From Clostridia bacterium (GTDB lineage: Bacteria > Bacillota > Clostridia > Christensenellales > CAG-314), in the NCBI GenBank assembly GCA_017457305.1, contig JAFTHP010000014.1, positions 17,066 to 81,065 on the forward strand: 64,000 nt of DNA, read 5' to 3'. Under the pieces are notes generated by a model. It ran no database searches and was not told where the DNA came from. It was given only the letters and a program-made list of their open reading frames with translations. Both the position numbers and the translations under genes were made by a program. Shown in pieces: positions 7,207-16,950 of this stretch. Every line of letters begins with the position of its first letter. Position 1 is the first letter of the stretch.

Positions 7207-8115
7207 TTATTTCAGTGTTGCTTTTATGTAGATGGGAAAATGATCGCTTGGGTAAATGCCGTCATATAGATTTTTGCAAACGCCATACTCGGATATGGTC
7301 ATTTTGCCCTTGGAAGCAACAATGTAATCTATGCGTACAGCGTTGAGCTTTGCGCCCCAGGCTTGATATGTGCAGCCATCTTCTGTTATTGGTGCAAGCA
7401 CTTGAGCATCATCAAAGTGTGGCGTTACAGCTTTCAATGTTTCGCTGTTGGGCTTAGCGTTGAAGTCGCCCATCAAAAATGCTGGCAGGTCATTGAACTG
7501 TTGAATTTTTTCCAAAACAACGTTGATGCCCTTTATCCTTGCTTGGTCGGATACGTGGTCAAGGTGAGTGTTGAACACAACAAAACTTTTGCCGTTGGAC
7601 TTTTGCTTGAGTATTGTGTAGGAGCATACTCTGTAGCAAGCGCTACCCCAATCCTTGGACATAACGTCGGGAGTCTCGCTCAGCCAAAAGGAACCCTTGT
7701 CAATTAGTTCAAATTTGTCTGTTCGGTAGAAAATAGGGCAGCCTTCGCTTAGGATAAAATCATCCCGATAGGTAATAACTGAATCGTATCCAGGCATTAT
7801 CTCTTGAAGATATCCATAGTGTAGCCAGGTTACTTCTTGAAACCCAATTATATCCGGTTGCACTTGGCTAATGTTTGAGGCAATCAAATCGGCACGATAA
7901 AACCAACTCTTTTTGAACAGATCATCTGGAGCAAAACATCTAACGTTGCAGCTCATCAAGGTGATTTCATCCCCTTGATTATTGTTTGTTGCAACTTCTT
8001 TTTGATTTATCCAGTAGTGTGGCAAGTACCACAATTCAATAACGAGTAGACCTACTATCGCCACAAGAAGTACTATCCCCAATATGCCCAATCCCTTTTT
8101 GAAAATTTTACCCAT
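7207..8115 (-). CDS. Membrane-anchored endonuclease/exonuclease/phosphatase (EEP) family protein
   Basis: ORF trimmed to Met27 (MGKIFKKGLGILGIVLLVAIVGLLV), which has AGGAG upstream. Motifs GFQEV, FNTHLDH, MGDFN and SDHFPI are present. Confidence 0.8.
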   Translation of the reverse strand: MGKIFKKGLGILGIVLLVAIVGLLVIELWYLPHYWINQKEVATNNNQGDEITLMSCNVRCFAPDDLFKKSWFYRADLIASNISQVQPDIIGFQEVTWLHYGYLQEIMPGYDSVITYRDDFILSEGCPIFYRTDKFELIDKGSFWLSETPDVMSKDWGSACYRVCSYTILKQKSNGKSFVVFNTHLDHVSDQARIKGINVVLEKIQQFNDLPAFLMGDFNAKPNSETLKAVTPHFDDAQVLAPITEDGCTYQAWGAKLNAVRIDYIVASKGKMTISEYGVCKNLYDGIYPSDHFPIYIKATLK

Positions 8116-8245
8116 AGATTTTCTCCTTATGGCCTCAACTGCGGCCCTCGTGTATACTATGATACCACATTCTAACTCGAAGTGCCATACCAAACGTAAA
8201 ATTTGATTGGAATTTGACGTAATATTTTGTTTGCAAAAAGTGATT

Positions 8246-8536
8246 TGACAACTCCCTGCGGGAATACTTCACTGCGTTTCGTGGCGGTCGCTACGCTCGG
8301 CTAAGCGAACCAAATGGGTTCGTGTTTGTTATCACAAACAAAAAAAACACAGCAACTGTCGTTACTGTGTCTTTTATTCCCTTGCGGTCGTTGGCACTCC
8401 CTGCGGGAATACTTCACTGCGTTTCGTGGCGGTCGCTACGCTCGGCTGAGCGAACCAAATGGGTTCGTGTTTGTTGTCACAAACAAAAAAGACACAGCAA
8501 CTGTCGTTACTGTGCCTTTTATTCCCTTACGGTCGT
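8246..8536 (-). repeat. Two tandem 145-bp units, each starting (on the + strand) with a 19-nt copy of the tRNA-Arg 3' end and containing a terminator hairpin
   Basis: TGGCACTCCCTGCGGGAAT occurs at 8392 and at 8537 (the true tRNA). A slightly damaged copy sits at about 8246-8265. Units 8247-8391 and 8392-8536 differ at about 5-6 positions. Each has the hairpin ACACAGCAAC-TGTC-GTTACTGTGT with a T-run in the minus sense. Confidence 0.9.
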
Positions 8537-8611
8537 TGGCACTCCCTGCGGGAATCGAACCCACAACTAGCCCTTAGGAGGGGCTTGTTATATCCATTTA
8601 ACTAAGGAAGC
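8537..8611 (-). tRNA. tRNA-Arg (anticodon CCU), encoded CCA
   Basis: Reverse complement is GCTTCCTTAGTTAAATGGATATAACAAGCCC-CTCCTAA-GGGCTAGTTGTGGGTTCGATTCCCGCAGGGAGTGCCA. The cloverleaf was folded by eye and the anticodon loop is CTCCTAA. Confidence 0.85.
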
Positions 8612-8647
8612 AAAATTTGTTGAAAAGCTTAGGTTTGTTCGAGCATA

Positions 8648-8676
8648 ATTATACTACCAAAAGCTAGCGCAGTCAA
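8648..8676 (-). promoter_or_regulatory. Promoter of tRNA-Arg
   Basis: Minus strand TTGACT-N17-TATAAT, about 35 nt upstream of the tRNA 5' end. Confidence 0.65.
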
Positions 8677-8700
8677 CCCAATGGGTTGGATTGGTTGCGT

Positions 8701-9576
8701 TTAGTTATCGTTTGAGCAAAATGATGCTTGGAATTGTTTTGGGGTGGTGTTGTACAGCTTGCGGAACTGTCTGTTGAAGTAGGATATGTTGTGGAAACCC
8801 ATTTCTTGAGCAATTTGTTGGATTTCCTTGGTGGTAGTCAACATTTGATTTGCCGACAAAACAAGTCGGTAGCAGTTTAGATACTCAATAAAGGGCAATC
8901 CGGTGTAGGTTTTGAACAACTTCATTGTGTAAAAGGTGCTGTAGTTGCAAAGGGCGGCGATGTCTTCCACAGTGATACTATCTGAGTAGTGTGCTTGAGT
9001 GTGTTGTAGGGCCTTTGTGATGGTATAAAGTCGTTTGTTTTGTGTAAAATCATGATGGATTGGCGCACTTGTTTGTGTACACAATAGGCGCAAAATGTCT
9101 AGCATATTGTTGGATACTGTTGCATCTTCGCCCTTCAACATTGCATCAACTTGTTGCTTAACTAAACTATAGCATTGAGAATTTGGGCTAATAACCACTG
9201 GCAAATTGTTGTTTTGTAGCATTTGTGTGATGTTTTGCGTGATTTGTCCTTGCCAAGCTACAACAGGATTTACAATAAAAGCGGTAAAGGCCAACTGGTC
9301 ATTGCATGGCTTTACGCAATGCAGAGTTTGCGGCATAAATACAACAAAATCCCCCTTTTGGACGGAAAAACAATTGCCGTCTACGATAACATTTGCTGTG
9401 CCATTGGTTACAAACAAAATTTCCAGTTCTTCGTGGCTGTGAGTAGTGTAAAAGGGCAAACGACTGTCCATTGTAACGTGGATAACGTCAATGGGGCGCA
9501 AAAAAGCTCCGCACACATATTGTTGTACGCGAAGATAGTCTTCTAGATAAGCTTTTTTGTTCAATTCTGTTGCCAT
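8701..9576 (-). CDS. AraC-family transcriptional regulator (cupin sensor plus double HTH)
   Basis: 291 aa. The C-terminus (...ISYFNRQFRKLYNTTPKQF) is a typical AraC/XylS HTH pair and the N-terminal half is cupin-like. Confidence 0.8.
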   Translation of the reverse strand: MATELNKKAYLEDYLRVQQYVCGAFLRPIDVIHVTMDSRLPFYTTHSHEELEILFVTNGTANVIVDGNCFSVQKGDFVVFMPQTLHCVKPCNDQLAFTAFIVNPVVAWQGQITQNITQMLQNNNLPVVISPNSQCYSLVKQQVDAMLKGEDATVSNNMLDILRLLCTQTSAPIHHDFTQNKRLYTITKALQHTQAHYSDSITVEDIAALCNYSTFYTMKLFKTYTGLPFIEYLNCYRLVLSANQMLTTTKEIQQIAQEMGFHNISYFNRQFRKLYNTTPKQFQASFCSNDN

Positions 9577-9724
9577 TTTTCACCCAAATAACAGTTTTGT
9601 GTTAGTGATAGTATACACTAAATATCATTTTGTGTAAACAAAAACGTGGTATTATCAAAGTTAGTGTTGAAAAAGTTGTGTGGCTGTGGTACAATATTGG
9701 CACATACAAACTAGTGAGGACACA

Positions 9725-10762
9725 ATGAAGATAATTCACACAGCAGATATCCACCTGGATTCTCCATTGGCGGGCGTAAAGCAAAGCTCTGCAAGGCGAA
9801 ACGAGCTTATTCAAGCATTGCAACGTTTGGCTCAATATGCGGAAAATAACGGTGTTAAAGCGGTCGTGGTGGCAGGGGATTTGTTTGACGACAAATGTGC
9901 TACTATACAAACCATCAAGAGCGTTGCATCCATCATTGACGCAAGTAGTGCAACGTGGTTTGTGTTGCGCGGAAATCACGGGGATAGCACTCCCTACGAC
10001 AAGCTACAAAGCTATTGCTCCAAGGTTATGATGTTTAGTTCCGACTGGACGTACTATCAATATGGCAACTTGTGTGTTTGTGGCAGAGAGCTTGGTCAAA
10101 ATGATCAACAACAATGGAACAATTTGCAGTTGGATGGCAACAACTTCAACTTGGTTGTGCTGCACGGCGATATAGATAGTGACCAATATGGACTAATCGA
10201 CAAACAGGCCGTTTCAAGACAGCCCATCAACTATTTGGCGCTTGGTCACAGGCATAGTTATGCTCAGCACAAGATGGGTAAGGTAACTGCGGTGTACAGC
10301 GGTGTGTTGGAAAGTCGTGGCTTTGACGAAGCGGAGCAAAGCGGTTTTGTTGTTATTGATACCGACACGGGCAAACACCAATTTGTGGAACAAAGCATTC
10401 GCAGAGTGGTAACGGTAACTGTAGACGTCACAAAGGCACAAAGCAACGTTCAGTTGCAAAATATCATCAGCGACGCTATTTGCGGAGTGTCAGCAAACAA
10501 CTATCTAAACTTGGTGTTGCAAGGAACGTTGAACGAAGATATTTCCTTGCAGTTTGTTGTAGAACAAATATCTGGCGGATACTTTGCTTTTAGGTTGCAA
10601 GACGATACAACCGTTGCATACGACGTTGAACAGCTTGCTGCAGAGATTTCCCTTCGTGGCGAATTTGTTCGACTAGTCCAAAGGACAATAATAGATAAAA
10701 ATGCACAAGAAGAAGCTTTAAAGCTTGGCTTGCGTGCACTTAAAGGGGAGGAATTGCTATGA
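9725..10762 (+). CDS. SbcD/Mre11-like metallophosphoesterase nuclease (YhaO type)
   Basis: ORF trimmed to MKIIHTADIHLDSPL (GAGG RBS). Motifs DIHLD, GDLFD, LRGNHG and VLHGD. The stop overlaps the start of the next gene (ATGA). Confidence 0.8.
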   Translation: MKIIHTADIHLDSPLAGVKQSSARRNELIQALQRLAQYAENNGVKAVVVAGDLFDDKCATIQTIKSVASIIDASSATWFVLRGNHGDSTPYDKLQSYCSKVMMFSSDWTYYQYGNLCVCGRELGQNDQQQWNNLQLDGNNFNLVVLHGDIDSDQYGLIDKQAVSRQPINYLALGHRHSYAQHKMGKVTAVYSGVLESRGFDEAEQSGFVVIDTDTGKHQFVEQSIRRVVTVTVDVTKAQSNVQLQNIISDAICGVSANNYLNLVLQGTLNEDISLQFVVEQISGGYFAFRLQDDTTVAYDVEQLAAEISLRGEFVRLVQRTIIDKNAQEEALKLGLRALKGEELL

Positions 10763-12597
10763 AGATAGTTTCTGTCAACATTTCTTCCTTTGGAAAACTT
10801 ACTAATTGGAAGCATGATTTTAGCAATGGTATAAACCTGCTAAAAGAAGATAACGGATTTGGGAAAACCACACTTTGTGCTTTTATTAGAGCAATGCTGT
10901 ATGGCATAGGATACAACTACACCAAGGTGGGAGATGAACGCATAAACGACGTCAAGAGATATATGCCTTGGGGTAGCAATGGTCTATTTGGCGGAAGCAT
11001 GGTTGTTGAACACAACGGGGAAAAGTATCGCATTGAGCGCTTCTTTGGATCTAAGGCAACTCAAGAACAACTTTCCGTTATTAGATTGTCTACTGGAAAA
11101 TCCGTGCCTATAACAACTTCCGTTGGAGAGTACTTTTGGGGATTGACAGCGGATAGCTTTGACCGTTCGGCATATATTCCACAAGAATCTGTAGAAATGT
11201 CCTCTACCGAAAACTTTGACCAAAAACTTGCCAACTTGGTAGAAAGCGGACAAGTTGATTACGACAAGGTAGTGGAAAATATTCGTAACTACAAAAAACG
11301 TTTCAAGTACGAACGTGGTTTAGGCGGTTCATTGTACGAGTTGGATAGGCAGGAAATGGCCCTAACTCAACAACAAAGCGCCATCGTTGCCAACAGAAAA
11401 AGAGATGAGCAAATTGCTTTGCGACTATCCCAAATTGACAAAGAGGAGCAGCAACTGTTGCAAAGACAACAAATGTTGCAACAACAGGTTGAGCAAGCTC
11501 AAATTGCCATTGCTCAAAGCGCTCCAAGTGCCGAACAGTTGCAAACAAAGCAACGCATTGCAGAACTTGAACAAAGGGTATACTCCGTGCCAAAGCAACT
11601 GGTAGAAGATAGTCAACAATGTCAACAACTGCTTGGGGAAATTGACCGTCAAAAGACAATCAAAAAGAAACCAAATGTATTGTTGATAGTGGGCGTGCTG
11701 TTAGCTTTACTAGGTGTTGGGTTAGCATTTGTAAATCTAGTTGTAGGCATTGTTGTATCAGTCATTGGATTGGTTGTTACTGTTGTATCGCTATCAAAGG
11801 GCAAAGCTAAAAACAAACCAACTGTTGCCGAAGAGTTAACCAAACAATACCTGCAAATTGCTCAAAAATATGTCAATACTTACCAAAAGGATATTGCAAC
11901 TATTCAACAAGAATTGTGGAATATAGCAAGTGAGTACAGCAAGGACGTAGAAGTGCTTTCTGCACTAAAAGCGACTGTGCGTCAAACGCAGCCAGCCCTA
12001 GCAGTTGACACGGGCAAGCTTGCGTCATTACAACAAACTGCACAGCAAGTTGCTGTTCAACTTAGAGAGCTATCTGCCGAGAAAGGGCGTTTAACAGCCG
12101 AACGTGGTCACTTAAACCTTGATTTAGCGCCAATATCCGACCAGCTGATGAACTTTGAGCAACAACGTCAAAAGGATTTGTTTGCATTTCAAACTGCGCA
12201 AACAGTAATGGATTTGCTTGCACAAGCAAAGGAGAACTTGTCCACAAGCTATATTCCAAAATTGTGCAATCGTTGCACACAATTGGTTAGCAGGGTGTTG
12301 GCTGTTCCAACGGAAGTGCAGGTTGATGCATCATTTACTGTAAAACTTTTGCAAAATGGTTCAGCCAAAAACTTGGCGTTTTTCTCTCGCGGAATACGGG
12401 AGCTAACGTTGCTTTGCTTTAGAATTGCCCTGTCGGAACTACTGTTTGATGGACAAATTCCATTTTTATTGGTGGACGATGCATTTGTCAATTTTGACGA
12501 AGACAATTTTGTTAGAGCAACTCAACTACTCAAGGATATAGCCACAAATGGTCAAGTTATTTATTTCACTTGTCACAATCGCAAAGGTAGGCTATAA
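10759..12597 (+). CDS. SbcC/Rad50-like AAA ATPase (YhaN type) with a two-helix membrane hairpin at the coiled-coil apex
   Basis: 612 aa. Walker A NGFGKTT, Gln-rich coiled coil, hydrophobic stretch VLLIVGVLLALLGVGLAFVNLVVGIVVSVIGLVVTVVSL, and C-terminal SRG...E signature and Walker B FLLVDDAF. Confidence 0.8.
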   Translation: MKIVSVNISSFGKLTNWKHDFSNGINLLKEDNGFGKTTLCAFIRAMLYGIGYNYTKVGDERINDVKRYMPWGSNGLFGGSMVVEHNGEKYRIERFFGSKATQEQLSVIRLSTGKSVPITTSVGEYFWGLTADSFDRSAYIPQESVEMSSTENFDQKLANLVESGQVDYDKVVENIRNYKKRFKYERGLGGSLYELDRQEMALTQQQSAIVANRKRDEQIALRLSQIDKEEQQLLQRQQMLQQQVEQAQIAIAQSAPSAEQLQTKQRIAELEQRVYSVPKQLVEDSQQCQQLLGEIDRQKTIKKKPNVLLIVGVLLALLGVGLAFVNLVVGIVVSVIGLVVTVVSLSKGKAKNKPTVAEELTKQYLQIAQKYVNTYQKDIATIQQELWNIASEYSKDVEVLSALKATVRQTQPALAVDTGKLASLQQTAQQVAVQLRELSAEKGRLTAERGHLNLDLAPISDQLMNFEQQRQKDLFAFQTAQTVMDLLAQAKENLSTSYIPKLCNRCTQLVSRVLAVPTEVQVDASFTVKLLQNGSAKNLAFFSRGIRELTLLCFRIALSELLFDGQIPFLLVDDAFVNFDEDNFVRATQLLKDIATNGQVIYFTCHNRKGRL

Positions 12598-12641
12598 TTT
12601 ACACAAATACATTTACAAATAATAAATAAGGAGATAAAGCT

Positions 12642-13445
12642 ATGAATTTTGTTGACTTTAGCAAGGAAATACGTCGTAACACTTTGCGTTGTCTAAATTC
12701 GCAAGGCTCTGGCCACGTTGGTGGAAGCCTTTCCATTGTTGACGTTTTGGCAGTTTTGTACACCAATCATATGCGTGTTGATCCACAAAATCCAAAGTGT
12801 CACAACAGAGATATGCTTGTTTTGAGCAAGGGACACGCTGGTCCTGCATTGTATGCAACACTTGCCCTAAAGGGATTTTTCCCACTAGAGTGGTTGGATA
12901 CTCTCAACAAGTTGGGAACTCGTTTGCCAAGCCACGTTAACCTCAACCTAACACCTGGTGTAGATATGACAGCTGGTAGTCTTGGTCAAGGATTGTCCTG
13001 CGCTTGCGGACTTGCTTTGGCACAACGCGCACAAAACATTGACAGCTACGTTTACGTAATCACTGGTGATGGCGAGCTTCAAGAAGGTCAAAACTGGGAA
13101 GGAGCAATGTTTGCTGCAAACCAAAAGCTAAACAATATCATTGTTTTTGTTGACAACAACAAGATGCAAATTGATGGTTTGACCAAGGACGTTTCCAACG
13201 TGGAAGATATTGAGGCAAAATTCCGTGCATTTGGCTTTATCACTGATAGAGTTGACGGTCACGACCACGAGGCAATTGACAAAGCAATAAATCGTGCAAA
13301 GGCAAACCCAATTGCCCCACATTGTATCGTTTTGGATACAATCAAGGGCAAGGGCATTTCCTTCTACGAAAACTTGGGACCAGCAAACCACAGCACAACT
13401 GTAACTGCCGACCAATACCAAAGTGGTCTGGAAGAACTTAAGTAA
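12642..13445 (+). CDS. Transketolase, N-terminal (TPP-binding) subunit
   Basis: 267 aa. SKGHAGPALYA and GDGELQEGQNWE motifs. Followed by the C-terminal subunit gene. Confidence 0.9.
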   Translation: MNFVDFSKEIRRNTLRCLNSQGSGHVGGSLSIVDVLAVLYTNHMRVDPQNPKCHNRDMLVLSKGHAGPALYATLALKGFFPLEWLDTLNKLGTRLPSHVNLNLTPGVDMTAGSLGQGLSCACGLALAQRAQNIDSYVYVITGDGELQEGQNWEGAMFAANQKLNNIIVFVDNNKMQIDGLTKDVSNVEDIEAKFRAFGFITDRVDGHDHEAIDKAINRAKANPIAPHCIVLDTIKGKGISFYENLGPANHSTTVTADQYQSGLEELK

Positions 13446-13456
13446 GGGGGTAAAAA

Positions 13457-14380
13457 ATGGAACTTCGTAAAATGTACGTTGCGGAACTATCTCGCTTGAT
13501 GAAAGAAAACGACAAAATCTTCATTTTGGATGCCGACCTTGCTGGTGCTGGCGGAACAAAGCCATTGTATGCCGAATTCCCCAACAGATGCGTAGATTGC
13601 GGTATTTGCGAAGCAAACATGGCATGTGTTGCGGCTGGTCTTAGCTCACAAGGATTTATTCCATTTATCCACAGTTTTGCTCCATTTTCCACTCGTCGAA
13701 TCTACGACCAAATTGCAGTTAGCATTTCCTATTCCGAACAAAACGTAAAAATCATTGGTTTTGATCCCGGTGTTACAACAACATACAATGGCGGCACACA
13801 CATGTCCTTTGAAGACGTTGCTTCTATGCGCGCTTTGTGCAATATTGCTGTATTGGATATTGTTGATGGTGTTCAACTCAAGGCTGCATTGCCCTACATT
13901 GTAGAACACAATGGTTCAATGTATATCCGTTTTGTTCGCAAACAACAAGATGAATTGTTCGACGAAAACTACAAATTTGTTTTCGGCAAAGCAGATACAA
14001 TTTGTCAAGGAACAGATATCACCATTGTAGCTAGCGGAACATCCTTGTTTGATGCTAAAAAAGCGGCAGATATTTTGATTGCAGAAGGCATCAGCGTAGA
14101 ACTGCTTGGTATCCACACAATCAAGCCATTGGACGAAGAAGCTATCATTGCTTCTGCAAAGAAAACTGGCAGAGTTCTAACAGTAGAAAACCACTCCATA
14201 CATGGAGGATTGTATTCCGCTGTTACCGAAGTATTGAGTGCTCAACACCCAACTCTTTGCGATGCTGTTGCCGTTAGAGATAAGCTTACACAAGTTGGTA
14301 GTTTGGCAGACCTCAAGCGTGACTACGGTTTGTCTGTAGAAGACATCGTTGCTCGTGCAAAGGCACTTATTGCTAAATAG
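13457..14380 (+). CDS. Transketolase, C-terminal (pyrimidine-binding) subunit
   Basis: 307 aa. The CGIAE-type segment (DCGICEANM) and C-terminal domain are typical of split transketolases. Confidence 0.9.
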   Translation: MELRKMYVAELSRLMKENDKIFILDADLAGAGGTKPLYAEFPNRCVDCGICEANMACVAAGLSSQGFIPFIHSFAPFSTRRIYDQIAVSISYSEQNVKIIGFDPGVTTTYNGGTHMSFEDVASMRALCNIAVLDIVDGVQLKAALPYIVEHNGSMYIRFVRKQQDELFDENYKFVFGKADTICQGTDITIVASGTSLFDAKKAADILIAEGISVELLGIHTIKPLDEEAIIASAKKTGRVLTVENHSIHGGLYSAVTEVLSAQHPTLCDAVAVRDKLTQVGSLADLKRDYGLSVEDIVARAKALIAK

Positions 14381-14397
14381 TAATTGATAAATGTATA

Positions 14398-14436
14398 CAA
14401 AAAGGCTCGTTTTGCATAAAAACGAGCCTTTTTTTC
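14398..14436. terminator. Bidirectional terminator between the transketolase and GH36 genes
   Basis: 13-bp stem AAAGGCTCGTTTT/AAAACGAGCCTTT (14401-14430) with flanking A- and T-runs. Confidence 0.8.
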
Positions 14437-14476
14437 TTTGTTTTTTTTGTTATGGTTTAGGTGGATTTGTTTAAGC

Positions 14477-16801
14477 TTATACTTTGTTAATGCTGTACAA
14501 TCTACTTCCAAAGTCTAGCATCACACGTGTGTCGCCATCGTAACCGCAACTTGACCATTGTTGTTGAAGCTTGATGCCTGCCTTCGCTAGGGTATTGCCT
14601 AGTAGGGTGTAATCTTCCACTTCGCTTTTTAGTGGGAAGTTGTTGTCAATCATTTCCACTAGCTTGCCTTCTTCATTTAGATGAACTGGCGATACGTGGT
14701 TAATCAATCCGCCAAAACTCTTTATGTTGAACAGCTGCTGACGAGTGACAACTTGGTAGCGAGTATCTTTATCTAAGTAAGGAATTCGCAGGATATCTTG
14801 ATTGGGCACAGTTTGGGCAATGGTGTTGGTAACGTTGGCTACCGCCTGTGTTTGATCTTGGTTTACAATAACCCAGCTTGCTTTGTTGTGCGCAAATACG
14901 CTTTGAAGTTGGTAGTATTGACCAAATTGCAACGTTTTGCGGTGTTTTTTGTACCACTCAATTTGGTGCTTAACGGCGGATGTGTCAATTTTGCTAAGTA
15001 TTGATAGGTCTAGTTCATAGCCGAATGCCCCAATGCACGCTGTATTGAAGCGGTTGTCAATGGTGGAATTTCTAAGTGTTTGGTGGTTAGGGCTTGCACT
15101 AACGTGGCTACCAATACAGCTTTGTGGATAAGCACGGAGTGTGCCTTCGTGGATTTTTACACGGTCGAAGCTGTCGGTGTTGTCGCTACACCAAATTTGT
15201 GGCATATAGCACAATACGCCAAGGTCAAATCTGTTGCCTCCGCTTGCGCAAGCTTCAAACAAAATGTTGGGGAACTTTTCGGTGAGTGTTTTCAAAATTT
15301 TGTAGAAACCAAGTGTGTAACGATGGAAAAACTCCCCTTGATGTGTAATTGTTGGGGAATACCAGTCGGTCATTGGTCTGTTGTAGTCCCATTTTACGTA
15401 GGAAATGTTCGCGCTGGAGAAAACTTGACTCATTGCTTCCACAATGTAGTTGCACACCTCATCGTTGGCTAGGTCTAGTAAAAGTTGATTTCTACATTGT
15501 AGTGGTGTGTAGTTGGGGTGATGGATTGCCCAATCGGGGTGTGCTCGATAAAGGTCGCTGTTGGGGTTGACCATTTCTGGCTCTACCCACACGCCAAACT
15601 TAAGTCCAATTTTGTTTATCTTTTCAGCAAGACCTTTTAGGCCGTAAGGAAGACGGTTTTTATTTACAGTCCAATCGCCAAGACCTTTGGTGTCGTTTGT
15701 ACGTTTGCCAAACCATCCGTCATCCAAAACAAACAATTCTACACCAAGGCTTTGTGCCTTTTTTGCAATGTCCAGTAGCTTCTTTTCGGTAAAGTTGAAG
15801 TAAGTTGCCTCCCAGTTATTGATTAGGATTGGTCTTTCTACGTATTGCCATTGCTTGGGAATAATGTAGTTGTTTACAAATTGATGGTATTCCTTACTAA
15901 TACCGTTTGTTCCGTTCTCGGAAAAACACAGCGTTGCTTCGGGGGAATAGAAGCTTTGATTTGGTTCTAGGTGCCAGCAAAAACCGCTGTCATTTAGACC
16001 ATTTAGCACACGAATTTTTCCAAAAACAGTACGTTCAACAATCTCTGCATGGTTGCCGCTGTAAATCAAGTTGAAGCCATATGCGTTACCGCTTTGGAGG
16101 GAGCAATCCTTTTTTCTAACAGTGATAAATGGGTTGTGTGCATTGGATGAAATTCCGCGCTTACTGTCTATCTTGGTAACTCCAACAGGCACAGTTGTAC
16201 TATTTAACATCCTTTCTCGTGCCCAAGTGCCATCTAGTGTGTCTAAAATATAGTCGTCTTCGGGCAGGTCAAATTGGTTGCTCATTACCCTTAGCAAATG
16301 CAAGGTGTTGTCTGATTTGTTGGTGATTTGTATGCTTTTTGTAATGACGTCACTATTGGGGTGTGTGGAGTAAAACAACGTTACAACAACGCCCTTTTTG
16401 TCGTCTTCTAACGTTACCGACAAAGTTTGCTCTTTGGCAAAGCTTTGTGGCAAATCGGGCAAACAATGATTGTCTACAAACTGATAGCTTTTGTAGATTA
16501 GATCTAGCACTTGGTCGTCATTTTGGTCGGAAATAACAACAAGATTTTCGCGGTAGTCACCTCTACCTATAGAGGAACACTCTAAACAAGCATTGTGTGG
16601 TAAAAACTTGGTTTTACCCTTTTCTATTACAATATTTGTACCAAGTGATGGTGTAGGCTTGTCCATCAAGAAGGAAATATCCTCTTCATTTATCTTGCTA
16701 CCATAGTACAGTTGTTGAAGGTATCCAAAGCTATTAACTGTAAAAATGTAGCTTGTATTTGGTGTGTTGATGGTAAAAACATTGTCTTTTACGATAATCA
16801 T
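14477..16801 (-). CDS. Alpha-galactosidase, glycoside hydrolase family 36
   Basis: 774 aa. YVKWDYNR and CASGGNRFD catalytic-region motifs. Size and layout fit AgaA/RafA-type enzymes. Confidence 0.85.
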   Translation of the reverse strand: MIIVKDNVFTINTPNTSYIFTVNSFGYLQQLYYGSKINEEDISFLMDKPTPSLGTNIVIEKGKTKFLPHNACLECSSIGRGDYRENLVVISDQNDDQVLDLIYKSYQFVDNHCLPDLPQSFAKEQTLSVTLEDDKKGVVVTLFYSTHPNSDVITKSIQITNKSDNTLHLLRVMSNQFDLPEDDYILDTLDGTWARERMLNSTTVPVGVTKIDSKRGISSNAHNPFITVRKKDCSLQSGNAYGFNLIYSGNHAEIVERTVFGKIRVLNGLNDSGFCWHLEPNQSFYSPEATLCFSENGTNGISKEYHQFVNNYIIPKQWQYVERPILINNWEATYFNFTEKKLLDIAKKAQSLGVELFVLDDGWFGKRTNDTKGLGDWTVNKNRLPYGLKGLAEKINKIGLKFGVWVEPEMVNPNSDLYRAHPDWAIHHPNYTPLQCRNQLLLDLANDEVCNYIVEAMSQVFSSANISYVKWDYNRPMTDWYSPTITHQGEFFHRYTLGFYKILKTLTEKFPNILFEACASGGNRFDLGVLCYMPQIWCSDNTDSFDRVKIHEGTLRAYPQSCIGSHVSASPNHQTLRNSTIDNRFNTACIGAFGYELDLSILSKIDTSAVKHQIEWYKKHRKTLQFGQYYQLQSVFAHNKASWVIVNQDQTQAVANVTNTIAQTVPNQDILRIPYLDKDTRYQVVTRQQLFNIKSFGGLINHVSPVHLNEEGKLVEMIDNNFPLKSEVEDYTLLGNTLAKAGIKLQQQWSSCGYDGDTRVMLDFGSRLYSINKV

Positions 16802-16866
16802 AAATGATGCTCCTTTACTTTATAGATAGATTATACCAACAATTTTTCCATTTTTCAATAGTAAGG

Positions 16867-16895
16867 TTGATTTTTGTTTGTCATATTGGTATAAT
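16867..16895 (+). promoter_or_regulatory. Promoter of the metallophosphoesterase/DUF1846 pair
   Basis: TTGATT-N17-TATAAT with an extended -10 TG. It lies inside the spurious N-terminal extension of ORF 16804. Confidence 0.6.
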
Positions 16896-16950
16896 ATCTT
16901 TTGTTATTGTTTTCGCAGACAAGATTTTTTTTTGCAAAAAGGTAAGCTCT

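Noticed and set aside
8246-8536. The possibility that the tandem repeats near tRNA-Arg form a CRISPR array.
   Set aside because: There are only two 145-bp units with no repeat-spacer alternation. Each unit is a copy of the tRNA 3' end plus its flank, and no cas genes are present.
16804-16950. N-terminal extensions offered by the ORF track for many genes (for example 16804, 24857, 26845, 36063, 33755, 8193, 20894, 39551, 43186, 47931, 58073, 59843 and 31663).
   Set aside because: In each case an internal ATG has a proper Shine-Dalgarno sequence and gives a canonical N-terminus (signal peptide or conserved family start). In several cases the promoter itself lies inside the extension.
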